Source: an uncultured cyanobacterium (lineage in GTDB: Bacteria > Cyanobacteriota > Cyanobacteriia > Cyanobacteriales > CAWCAG01). Taken from it: a DNA stretch of 64,000 nucleotides. Every line of letters begins with the position of its first letter. Position 1 is the first letter of the stretch. Below, piece after piece: positions 52,701-61,413 of the stretch. The notes beneath the pieces were generated by a model, which worked only from the letters and a program-made list of their open reading frames with translations, did not search any database and was not told where the DNA came from. Location of the stretch: contig CAWDOD010000002.1 in assembly GCA_963803805.1 (NCBI GenBank), positions 704,001 to 768,000 on the forward strand, given 5' to 3'. The translations under genes and the position numbers were made by a program.

Positions 52701-53138
52701 ATTGGTATCAATACAGGGACTTTGATGATTGGTACAGTGGGGGGAGAAAAACGCATGGATAGTACCGTAATTAGCGATGCGGTTAATCTGGCTTCTCGCA
52801 TTGAGGGTTTGACTAAAAATTATGGTGTTTCTTTGTTGATTTCTCAGCAAACTTTATTACGATTAAATGATCCTAGTCAATATGCCATTCGCTTAATTGA
52901 TAGGGTTAAAGTCAAAGGCAAATCAACCTTAGTTACTGTGTACGAAGTTTTTGATGCTGACGAACCGGAAATTAAAGCAGGCAAGTTAGTAACTAAAGGG
53001 ATTTTTGAACAAGCTTGGGAACTTTATAATCAAAATAGGTTAAACGAAGCTGCTAAATTATTTCTTGATTGTTACCAAAAAAATCCTGGCGATCGCGTGG
53101 CACAAATTTATCTCGAACGTTGTCAAAGTTTGGTTTGA
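49716..53138 (+). CDS. Ammonium transporter (Amt)-histidine kinase-receiver-class III adenylate cyclase fusion
   Basis: Amt: DFAGSTVVH, GFNGGS, AIHG; HisKA SHELRTPL; HATPase NLVGNGIKFT/DTGIGI/GTGLGL; REC VDD/LLDVMMP/TKP; cyclase FSDIRSFT/DKYIGD/DAVNLASRIE. Confidence 0.93.
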   Translation: MGDVVWLLGCSGLVFLMQPGFMCLESGLTRSKNSINVAVKNLADVSVSVILFWVFGYALMFGASAAGFVGTEGFFLEIDSSPKLAAFFLFQAMFCGTTTTIVSGAVAERLRFNAYLIIALLISGLVYPLFGHWAWNGIEMANPTGWLGKLGFADFAGSTVVHSIGGWVSLAALLVIGPRKGRFNSGKSNKIHGSNLPFSVLGAMLLWLGWLGFNGGSTFALNEEVPRIVVHTIIAGAMGMLTAGVIGWQRSKLLEPEVLINGSIAGLVSITGSCNAVNMKEAALIGAMGGAIMVFTTYWMERWHIDDGVDAFAIHGAGGMWGTLAVGWFGEPEILNTGLGHYSQLGVQLLGIGVAFIWAFGLTYLVLRNINRIFPLRVSEEEEDLGLNVSEHQAKTEVYALFQVMDEQARTQDFSLRVPEDAYTEAGKIAYRYNQVMDSLESYAQQMEELNANLEEKVTERTAELAEANLELQRLDRLKDEFLANTSHELRTPLNGIIGIADSLIDGATGPLPQATYVNLGMIANSGRRLENLVNDILDFSQIAHNKLQLQLKSVSLREIAELVLTVCQSLVGSKNIKLINDIPDTLPPGLADENRLQQILYNLVGNGIKFTDAGWVKVSAKLGSKKKSPIYLSVTDTGIGIREDVINRIFESFVQADGSTARNYGGTGLGLAVTKQLVELHGGKIWAESTVKEGSTFTFTLPTADQPSSLPKKQKPPTVFKKEDQPLIQVTNQELVTVVPDKDQFKILIVDDEPVNLQVLINYLALENYSLIQAPNGIEALEKIKQGFMPDLILLDVMMPKMTGYEVTQKLRQSFLPTELPIVMLTAKDQIADLVAGLTAGANDYLTKPINKQELLARIKTHLELANLNQSYGRFVPHEFLHLLNKQSILDLKVGEAVQKEMSVLFSDIRSFTTLSENMSVEENFKFINAYLSRMESAIVKNKGFIDKYIGDAIMALFSQKADDAVQAGIAMLETLKRYNQTRQRPDRKPLKIGIGINTGTLMIGTVGGEKRMDSTVISDAVNLASRIEGLTKNYGVSLLISQQTLLRLNDPSQYAIRLIDRVKVKGKSTLVTVYEVFDADEPEIKAGKLVTKGIFEQAWELYNQNRLNEAAKLFLDCYQKNPGDRVAQIYLERCQSLV

Positions 53139-53194
53139 TTCTAATCGTTATCTAACCTTTTAACTGAGTTAACAATTCCATGTAGCGCTGGCAT

Positions 53195-53341
53195 ATGTCT
53201 TTATGGGTTACAGCCTCAGATGCCCCTGTAGGTTTGTTGTAGACGCAGATTGTTGGTATGTTTCTAGGGCGTTTGGAATTCTTTACTGTTTTTGTTGGGG
53301 TTGTGAGGTTTTTGCAAGATTTTAAATCGGTTTTATTCTAA
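53195..53341 (+). pseudogene. Fragment of TrkH-type K+ uptake permease C-terminus
   Basis: Reads SLWVTASDAPVGLL*TQIVGMFLGRLEFFTVFVG; GRLE pattern typical of the TrkH C-terminus; internal TAG at 53240. Confidence 0.55.
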
Positions 53342-53360
53342 AACTAAGCCCATAGGAATT

Positions 53361-53651
53361 ATGGAGAAAACGGCTGAGACTTCGATAGAAAATAGAAGGA
53401 AGAAATACTTTAAGCTTAGTTCACAAAAGGAGAGTATTCAATCTTTTGTGGAGTACTGGGGTAATAATGAGAACGTTAGTAATTATATGTTAGACAGAGC
53501 AAATGCTAAGTATGAGTTGGTTTTATTCCTAGAATACATACCCTATATTAAGGAAGTAGAGAATACAAATCAGGAAGGACAATTGGTTGATTTTCTTTTA
53601 GATTACACCCCTAAAATAATTATGTACGGTATTAGGTATTATTTGATTTAA
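53361..53651 (+). CDS. Short hypothetical protein, possibly a gene remnant
   Basis: 96-aa ATG ORF with AGGA upstream, in an AT-rich decayed region. Confidence 0.4.
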   Translation: MEKTAETSIENRRKKYFKLSSQKESIQSFVEYWGNNENVSNYMLDRANAKYELVLFLEYIPYIKEVENTNQEGQLVDFLLDYTPKIIMYGIRYYLI

Positions 53652-53979
53652 AGAGATCTAGTATTTTTTCTTGTAAAAAAAAGATACTATGTTCATATAA
53701 ACTATTTTCAAAATATTGATTTTTGATTTATTATTTTTTATAAGTTGGTTCTCATAAGGAACCCGCAAACAACTTGTTACGTCTTAAAGAAGTTAGCGCT
53801 AATTTATTCTAATTATAGTTGCCGATTTTCATTTTTTGAAAGCCTATTAAATCACTTTATCAACTTATTTAAAAAACAAAAATTAGTCTGCAAAATCCAG
53901 ATAAGTTTTTCCGGATAACTAACAATAACCGTTGGATGATGGTCTTGACGAATACATAAAAGTTCGCCTTAGATATCCA

Positions 53980-55482
53980 ATGAAAAACTCCTCACCTATC
54001 ACTTTTAAATTTGCCAAGCTTTATTGGTTGTTACTAAGCATTAGCAGCGTTTTCCTCTTCTCATCTATTGCTGAAGCTAGGCAACTAGTAAAATGGAACT
54101 TTGCCACCAACCAAAATCGCTTGGAATTTACCACAGATGAAGGGGTGCAACCTACAGCACAAATGATTTTTAACCCTAATCGTCTGGTCATTGATTTACC
54201 CGGCACTACATTAGGTAAACCTACTGTTAATCAATCTGTGGGGGGTGCTATTAAGCAAGTTAGAGTTGGTCAGTTTGAAAATAATACCACTCGCTTGGTA
54301 GTAGAAGTAGCCTCTGGTTTCGCTATTGACCCTAATCAAGTCAAATTTAAAGGATCTTACACCAATCAATGGTCAGTACAGCTACCCACACCTCAAAGGG
54401 TAACAGCAACCCCTCCTTCTCAACCGAATACGCGGGATTTTGTCATTACTCAAAACGGTTTATTTGCCCGTTTGGGGTCTAGTAATAGCACCGAGAATAT
54501 TGTAGTGACTCGCAGTAGCGATCGCCGTCAAATTGATGTTTATTTAGAAGGAGTTATTTTTCCTAGTACTCTTTCTGACAAAGCCTTTCCCCTTAATCAA
54601 TATGGACTTAGAGGGGTACAGTTTAATCAACAAAATAAGTTTGGCCGTGTCATCCTTAATGTTGATGCTAATAGTCCTGATTGGAAAGCTTACGTTAGTC
54701 CTAGAGGCAATTTAACCCTCTTTCCTGAAGGAGGATTGTTTCCTCTCGATCCTGACAACCCCTTACCTACGACAGGGGGTACTAATTCTCCAGATGCTAT
54801 TGCCCTTTCTGTTCCTCCTCCGGACAGGAATGTGGCTTTGCAAGTTCCTCGCCCAACCCCTACACCAAGCCCTTCTCCAAGCCCTTCAACGCCTCCTTCT
54901 TCTTCTCCTAACCCCAACCTACCCAAGATTCCTCAAGGGAAGGTTTCTATAACCATTGATCCTGGCCATGGAGGTAAAGATCCTGGGGCTATTGGTATTG
55001 GGGGTTTGCGGGAAACCGATGTGGTTTTACCCATTTCCCAAGAAGTGACCAGGATTTTGGAGGCACAAGGGGTTAAAGTAAGGATGACCCGCAACAATAA
55101 CACTTTTGTTAGTTTAGCAGGACGTACTCAATTAGCAAACCGCGCCGGTTCAGACCTTTTTGTTAGCATCCATGCTAACGCTGTGGGAGGGGGAAATTCT
55201 GCTGTTAACGGTACAGAAACTTTCTATTACCAAAGTGGTCGCCGTTTAGCCGAGTCAATTCAAAGTACAATTATTCGTAGGTTGGGGATGAATAACCGGG
55301 GGGTAAAACAAGCCCGTTTTTATGTCTTAAGAAATTCTGCTATGCCTTCTGCTTTGGTAGAAGTTGGTTTTGTTACCGGGCGCATTGATGCACCGAAATT
55401 GAGAGATAGCAATTTTCGTGACCAAATGGCTGCTGCGATCGCCGAAGGAATTTTACTTTATATCCAACGTTACGAACTTTAA
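53980..55482 (+). CDS. amiC: N-acetylmuramoyl-L-alanine amidase with AMIN domain (AmiC-type)
   Basis: Signal peptide, NPNRLVIDLPG AMIN, Pro/Ser linker, IDPGHGGKDPGA, FVSIHAN, LVEVGF. Confidence 0.9.
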   Translation: MKNSSPITFKFAKLYWLLLSISSVFLFSSIAEARQLVKWNFATNQNRLEFTTDEGVQPTAQMIFNPNRLVIDLPGTTLGKPTVNQSVGGAIKQVRVGQFENNTTRLVVEVASGFAIDPNQVKFKGSYTNQWSVQLPTPQRVTATPPSQPNTRDFVITQNGLFARLGSSNSTENIVVTRSSDRRQIDVYLEGVIFPSTLSDKAFPLNQYGLRGVQFNQQNKFGRVILNVDANSPDWKAYVSPRGNLTLFPEGGLFPLDPDNPLPTTGGTNSPDAIALSVPPPDRNVALQVPRPTPTPSPSPSPSTPPSSSPNPNLPKIPQGKVSITIDPGHGGKDPGAIGIGGLRETDVVLPISQEVTRILEAQGVKVRMTRNNNTFVSLAGRTQLANRAGSDLFVSIHANAVGGGNSAVNGTETFYYQSGRRLAESIQSTIIRRLGMNNRGVKQARFYVLRNSAMPSALVEVGFVTGRIDAPKLRDSNFRDQMAAAIAEGILLYIQRYEL

Positions 55483-55598
55483 ATGCTATGGCAATTCCCA
55501 AGCTGCTGAGGTGCATTTCCCTATTTACATAAAAGCGCAAAAACCAGAGTCTAGGTCGTACCTCATGGTATTAGTAATTGCTGTATAACCTTTATTTA

Positions 55599-56993
55599 TT
55601 AAGGAGAAGTATTACGACGAAATTCAAAGTAGTTGTTGCGGAGTTTTTTCCAACTTCTATTACTTTTCAACCTTTGTTTTTGCCACTCTTTAAGTGTTAA
55701 TTCAATTATCTGGGCTGAGGTGAGGTTTGGTTGAGGCAATGAGGCAAGATCATCTACTTTAAGCTTGTTTTTAATGGCGATGGCGAAGATGTTGATTATT
55801 TCTCCTGCGCGATCGCCAACAATATGCGCTCCTATTATATGACCATTTTTCTGAGTAATTAATTTACAAAAACCTGTAGTTTCTCCCTGGATTTGAGCTT
55901 GAGAGATATTTTTATAATATTGTTTGACAACAACAATTTCAGTTCCATAATATTGTTGTGCTTGATGTTCTGTTAACCCAACCCTAGCGATATTAGGTTG
56001 AGTAAAAATGACCCAAGGGAGGTAAGAGTAATCAATTTTTTGTAAAGGGAAAAATAGAGCATTTCTCAAAGCCACATTAACTTCGTGGTGAGTGAGGTTA
56101 GCAAAATTGTAACCTCCTAATATGTCTCCGCAAGCATAAATTGCTGGATTAGTGGTTTGTAGTTTTCCATTAACTTGTATACCTTTTTTAGTAAAATCAA
56201 CACTGACAGATTCTAAGTTCAAACCCATTAAATTAGGTTGTCGCTGTGGAGTGAAAATAATTTCATCTGCTTCTAAAGCTTGAACACCCGCTTGTACCCA
56301 TTTCTTACCGGAAATTTCTTTGATTTGAGTAACAGGGCTTTGGGTATAAATCCCAATGCCTTCTGCTTCTAACTGGGCTTGAATAAGTTGAGAAATTTCC
56401 CAATCTTCTTGGGGGAGTATTCGTTTTCCTGGGATGACTAAAGTAATTTTTTTGCCCAATTTACTTAAGTTTTGTGCCAGTTCAAGAGTGGCAGGTAAAC
56501 CACCCGCTATAACTAAGTTTGGAGCTAAAGATTCGGGATTTTCTAATTGCCAAATATCTTGAGGAGTAAGATAATTTGTTTCCTGTAAAATACCACCTTG
56601 CCTCGGTAAAGTTCCTGTAGCAATTAAATAGTTACGACTCCTAAGACAACGCTTATTGATTATAAAAGCCAATTGAGGAGATTGAGAAAATTCTCCTTTA
56701 CCTTGAATATAATCAACTCCTAAAGCGGCTAATTTAGAAGGAGAATCCCTTGCTGTGATAGTAGATATTACTTCTTCTGTCCATTCTTGAAAAGAGAAAT
56801 TGTCTCGATTGTTAGCAAAATCAAATAACTCTAAACTACGACCATAAATAGCCTCAGCTTCTCCGGAAGAATGATAATTAACTTCCTGCTCAATTAAAGC
56901 AACACGGGCATTAAGATTAGCTGCCATAATAGCAGCATAAATTCCCCCTTGGCTAGCACCGATTACAACTAAATCATATTCAACTTTTGTCAT
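55599..56993 (-). CDS. Pyridine nucleotide-disulfide oxidoreductase homolog (mercuric reductase/DLDH-like), degenerate
   Basis: YDLVVIGA, LIATG, TTNPAIYACGD, PWVIFTQP, IIGAHIVGDRAGEII; no CxxxxC motif. Confidence 0.8.
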   Translation of the reverse strand: MTKVEYDLVVIGASQGGIYAAIMAANLNARVALIEQEVNYHSSGEAEAIYGRSLELFDFANNRDNFSFQEWTEEVISTITARDSPSKLAALGVDYIQGKGEFSQSPQLAFIINKRCLRSRNYLIATGTLPRQGGILQETNYLTPQDIWQLENPESLAPNLVIAGGLPATLELAQNLSKLGKKITLVIPGKRILPQEDWEISQLIQAQLEAEGIGIYTQSPVTQIKEISGKKWVQAGVQALEADEIIFTPQRQPNLMGLNLESVSVDFTKKGIQVNGKLQTTNPAIYACGDILGGYNFANLTHHEVNVALRNALFFPLQKIDYSYLPWVIFTQPNIARVGLTEHQAQQYYGTEIVVVKQYYKNISQAQIQGETTGFCKLITQKNGHIIGAHIVGDRAGEIINIFAIAIKNKLKVDDLASLPQPNLTSAQIIELTLKEWQKQRLKSNRSWKKLRNNYFEFRRNTSP

Positions 56994-57021
56994 TTATCAA
57001 TGTCATATAATTCCCAACCCA

Positions 57022-59439
57022 TTACTTATTACTTATTACTTGATTGTAGATAGCCCAAATTGCTGTAGCCCTGAGATAATGACTAGCACGAAAAGTTCCT
57101 GTTGCTGTTATCGCTTCGGGGGTGCGGAATTGTAAGCCGTTGGTGTAAACTTGCTTAACTACCGCTTCTGTTAAACGGAAAGCTTCTTCTGTCATATCCA
57201 TTTGTACTAAATAAGCAGCTAAACCAAAATTGATTCCTGTCCACACTTCTAAAGGATGGGTGTCGTCGGGATTTTCTGGTGAACTATCAGGGCGCAAACC
57301 GTTAGCTGCACCGAGTTTGCCTTCGTTAAAATTGAGAAAGCAAGTTTCATAAACTTTTTTTAGGGCAGACTTGGCATACGGCTTTTCCACCACATCCGGT
57401 AAGCCTAACAATTGGGCATAAAATTGTCCACAAAGTTGATCTGCCATTACAACATCGGAACCACTTTCACTATCAAGACGATAATACTCACCATTCCACA
57501 GCTTTTCTTGATAAACTGGTCTGGCTTGTTTCAACCAACCTTGGTAAGTTGCGATCGCACTTTCTATGGAATCAGGATAATCTGCTGGTTCTAAGTTAGG
57601 ATCTGCGGGGGGATTAGTAATCAGAATTTCAGCGATTTTAATTGCGGCTTCTAATGCTGCAATCCACAACCCCCCACAATAAGCACTAATACCTTTAAGC
57701 TGCCAATCATCAAAGGTTTGATCTGGGGCACCAGAATTTTCTGGTATCCCATCTCCATCAAGATCAAACGCTTTTAAATAAGCCAAAGTTTGAGTAATTG
57801 CCTCCCAACATTCCCACAAAAACAATTCATCTTTAGCACCAGTTAAAAGATAATCTCGATACACCTGCAAAACAAAGTCGCTAGGTAAATCTTTCCACTG
57901 ATTGCAATCTTGATAACTAGTATAGTTAGTCTCTTGCCAAGGATGTTCGTTCGGTGCGCCTAAATCATGGGGAGTTGCCCCCACAGCTTTACGAATGGCT
58001 GGTGCTTGGTTGTAGCCGATAATACGAGGTGTATCATCTCCTGTCGGAATCGCCCTCGCAAAAGCTTCTAATACTGCCTTATCCAACCTTGGCCAAAGCA
58101 GTAATAAAGCAAATGAGCCATACAACCGCACATCTAAACTTTCATACCAACGATAATCCAAACATTCTAAAACCCCAAACTGCCCTACTGGATCATCTTC
58201 TGTGGCGGCTGTCCAAATAGTTCCCCCGTCAGTTAATAAGTACAATTCATTAAATAGGGCCATTTTGAACCAATCACCCAAGTCTTCCCTTTTTAAGATT
58301 GGTGTTTGCCAGTCTTCAATACGTTCAGTCCACATCCCACTATGTTTCAGTGCTGTACGTACTATGGGCCAAACATTATTCCCCGTGCGACCAAAAAAGT
58401 CTGTATAGCGGCGATAATAATTAACTCCTTGGGCAAATTCCATCACTGGGAAGTCCCAAGCGAGGATAAAAGGAATCTTTTTCGTCCTGCCTGGGCGTAT
58501 AGTAAAACGGATGGCGATCGCCCCGGCAATTTGTTCTCCTGGGGAAGCGGGAGTTTCATCTTGAAAATCTGGTAAAGAACCATTCCCGGCAAAATAATCC
58601 CAAACATCCCTGCCATCCCCCACAGGATTCCAACGACAAAGATGAAATACTTCTACACTGGGGTTAGTAACTGTGGCGATGGCCATTTGTCCTTCCCCTT
58701 CTTGAATTTCATCGTCATCTATGCGTACTCGGTTAAATAAGCAACCGACGCGATGAAAGTCAGTAATCCACTGATTATAATTACCCGTACTATTTCCCCA
58801 CCGAGGCTTATATTCATAAACTGGGCTACCGTCATCCCTAACTTGAACTTGAGGAGTTTTGATGGCATTGGTAAACCACCCGACAGTATTTTGCCAAGTC
58901 AGCATAATACTTAAGGTGATGGGCTTATCGGTGGGGTTATGTGCTGTCCATTCAAAAACAGCCACAGGATAACTAGATTCTTGGTAGCTACCAGCCCAAA
59001 CCGGAGAAAACTGTTCACAAGTTAAACTAGTTTGGAAAACCCCTTCATATTCATACCAACTGCGGGGATAAAGGGCCGAGTATGTACCTTGCCCTTTAGG
59101 ATACCATGACCAATGGGATAAACTACCATCGGCTGGGGCTTCTGTTGAGAGGGCATAGGCTTGGACAGAACCATATTCTGGCTGTTCAAAAACGCTAAAC
59201 TGACAAGCAGGAAGAGTTTGAAAGGTATGTTCTCCCCCATCTAAATGCCAAAGATTAAAATCACCACGGGGCGATCGCCCGATGCAACCAGCCCCAAAGC
59301 CACCCAAAGGCATACCATGCCAAGGGCCATCATCTAAGTTGCTTTCGTAGCGAACAGTATAGGGCTTTTCCCAACCAAGACCGATGGGACGTTGCCAAGC
59401 ACAAGCAGGAATTTTAGGAGGGGATATTAAATAACTCAT
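57022..59439 (-). CDS. GH116-family glycoside hydrolase (non-lysosomal glucosylceramidase-like)
   Basis: GMPLGGFGAG, ECLDYRWYESLDV, PHDLG, WKDL, DQTFDDW, FRTPEA, YLRATAIW. Confidence 0.92.
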   Translation of the reverse strand: MSYLISPPKIPACAWQRPIGLGWEKPYTVRYESNLDDGPWHGMPLGGFGAGCIGRSPRGDFNLWHLDGGEHTFQTLPACQFSVFEQPEYGSVQAYALSTEAPADGSLSHWSWYPKGQGTYSALYPRSWYEYEGVFQTSLTCEQFSPVWAGSYQESSYPVAVFEWTAHNPTDKPITLSIMLTWQNTVGWFTNAIKTPQVQVRDDGSPVYEYKPRWGNSTGNYNQWITDFHRVGCLFNRVRIDDDEIQEGEGQMAIATVTNPSVEVFHLCRWNPVGDGRDVWDYFAGNGSLPDFQDETPASPGEQIAGAIAIRFTIRPGRTKKIPFILAWDFPVMEFAQGVNYYRRYTDFFGRTGNNVWPIVRTALKHSGMWTERIEDWQTPILKREDLGDWFKMALFNELYLLTDGGTIWTAATEDDPVGQFGVLECLDYRWYESLDVRLYGSFALLLLWPRLDKAVLEAFARAIPTGDDTPRIIGYNQAPAIRKAVGATPHDLGAPNEHPWQETNYTSYQDCNQWKDLPSDFVLQVYRDYLLTGAKDELFLWECWEAITQTLAYLKAFDLDGDGIPENSGAPDQTFDDWQLKGISAYCGGLWIAALEAAIKIAEILITNPPADPNLEPADYPDSIESAIATYQGWLKQARPVYQEKLWNGEYYRLDSESGSDVVMADQLCGQFYAQLLGLPDVVEKPYAKSALKKVYETCFLNFNEGKLGAANGLRPDSSPENPDDTHPLEVWTGINFGLAAYLVQMDMTEEAFRLTEAVVKQVYTNGLQFRTPEAITATGTFRASHYLRATAIWAIYNQVISNK

Positions 59440-59609
59440 GCTCTTGATTTTAAGATTTTCCTGGAGAAAAGGGGAGGGTGGGGAGAAGTAATAAGTGATA
59501 AGTAATAAGTAATAAGTAAGAGGTTGATGGGATAAGGGGTTTCGTTTATCATAAGGTGATTAAGTGATGGGGATGATAGCAAGTCTCTGAATTTTTAGAG
59601 GGAAATAAT

Positions 59610-60263
59610 ATGACTCAAACTTTAACAGCTAAAGAGCTATTCCGCACTGCTTATGATAATCGTTATACCTGGAATGCCGACTTTCCTGGTTATACTGCCG
59701 ATGTGAATTTTAAAACCGAGACGGAAAGTCATACTGGAAAAGTCCGCATCAATTCTGATCTCAGCTTTGAAGTTTTGGAGGTGAGTGATGATCAAGCTAA
59801 GCGGGCAATTAATAACCAATTATGGGAGATGACTATTCATCGTGTTAGTCATAGCTTCGAGAAAACCCATGGCGAAAATACTTTTACCCTTGGTGAAGTT
59901 GATGATACTGGGGCGACGGAAATTATTATAGGTGGGGCTTCAGAGGGGAATCGCTATAAGGTACGAGACAATACAGTTTGTTTTGTCCATCGCCACATTG
60001 GTAATAAGTTGGTGAATATCAATACTTCTAGCAGCTTGAAGACGGAGGAAGGCTATTTAGCAAAAGAATATAATTCCGTTTATCTGAATCCTGAAACTGG
60101 TGAACCTCAAGGGGCTAAAACTACTTTCAAAGATACCTTTACTAAAATTGGTGATTACTACATTTTGACTAATCGTCTTATTACCACTGAAGAAGATGGT
60201 GAGTTAACAACCACAGAGTTTGGTTTTTCAAATGTTCAGCTTTCAACCCCAGTTGCTGTTTAA
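59610..60263 (+). CDS. DUF3386-family protein
   Basis: ELFRTAYDNRYTWNADFPGYTAD...IHRV..SFEKTHG. Confidence 0.82.
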   Translation: MTQTLTAKELFRTAYDNRYTWNADFPGYTADVNFKTETESHTGKVRINSDLSFEVLEVSDDQAKRAINNQLWEMTIHRVSHSFEKTHGENTFTLGEVDDTGATEIIIGGASEGNRYKVRDNTVCFVHRHIGNKLVNINTSSSLKTEEGYLAKEYNSVYLNPETGEPQGAKTTFKDTFTKIGDYYILTNRLITTEEDGELTTTEFGFSNVQLSTPVAV

Positions 60264-60461
60264 TGGCTAAATATTAAGTAGTTGGGCAAAATTAGTTTAA
60301 GGTTTTGTAGGTCAGGGGTTAGGGAACAGCTAATATAACTGAAATAGTAAATATACAAATAATTTGGTGGGACAAGTTACCTTAACCCCTGTCCCTTTTT
60401 CCTAATTCTTCATTAATCATTTATAAAGCTTAATGTACTAGATTGTTTTGGCAAAGTAACG

Positions 60462-60650
60462 TTACTTGATTGTTCATTTGACTTACTCTGCTATTCATTT
60501 GGCTTACTGTGCCATATATTTAGCTTACGGAATCATATATTTGGCTTACTTTGTCATATATTCCACTTACATTACAATACATCGGACTTGCATTGTCATA
60601 TATTTAACTTACTCTGCAATATATTTGGCTTACGGAATCATTTTTTGATT
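60462..60650. repeat. Degenerate tandem array, 9 x 21 bp (same family as 13902-14090)
   Basis: Exact 21-nt period, e.g. TTACTCTGCTATTCATTTGGC, TTACGGAATCATATATTTGGC. Confidence 0.85.
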
Positions 60651-60761
60651 AATAGAGCAAGTTTGAGGTGCGATTTCTCCTGTCTTTCCCACCTATGGAT
60701 TAGTACAAGGTGATTTTGGTTTGGGAATATGGTATGGATAGATTATTAACAGGGCTTATGC

Positions 60762-61000
60762 AGCTACACCGTATATAGATTTAAGGTGCGTTACGCTACG
60801 TTAACACACCCTACTAATAGCTACACCGTATATAGATAGATTTAAAGGTGCGTTACGCTACGCTAACACACCCTACTAATAGCTACACCGTATATAGATA
60901 GATTTAAGGTGCGTTACGCTACGCTAACATACCCTACTAATAGCTACACCGTATATAGATAGATTTAAAGGTGCGTTACGCTACGCTAACACACCCTACT
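60762..61000. repeat. Tandem array of four ~57-62 bp units, each with a REP-like hairpin
   Basis: AGCTACACCGTATATAGAT(AGAT)TTAA(A)GGTGCGTTACGCTACGCTAACACACCCTACTAAT starting at 60762, 60819, 60881 and 60942. Confidence 0.92.
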
Positions 61001-61413
61001 TTAAACTCAGAGATATTTGAGAATTTTTAGTTGGCATAAACTGTAACCCTTGGGGTAACTCTTTCCTATACCCTCACCTTAATGCTTAACAGCTTATTGG
61101 TGACTAATATCACCCAATTTGTTGAGATTTCATCACCGGGAGCTTTCAGATAGTATCACCACAGCAGTCATGTTGAGATCCCTAACTTAGGTAGATAAAG
61201 TTCACCATAGACATAAAGTTGAATCACCAACTTAAGTTGGTGGGAGTGGGATATTAATATGTATCGAAATTATTAGAGTATTTTTACAATTCTCTGATAC
61301 TTTTTGATTTTCAAAAGCTAGAAATAACTTACTTATTACCAAGTAAATTATAGCTAATATTTTCAGCACACACAAGATGAATACCACTATTTTCGTCTCT
61401 TCATTTCGTTAAC

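Noticed and set aside
55486-55586. MITE between the amidase and oxidoreductase genes
   Set aside because: Inverted ends are too degenerate to call with confidence
60762-61000. CRISPR array
   Set aside because: Whole units are repeated with no unique spacers, and there are no cas genes in the window
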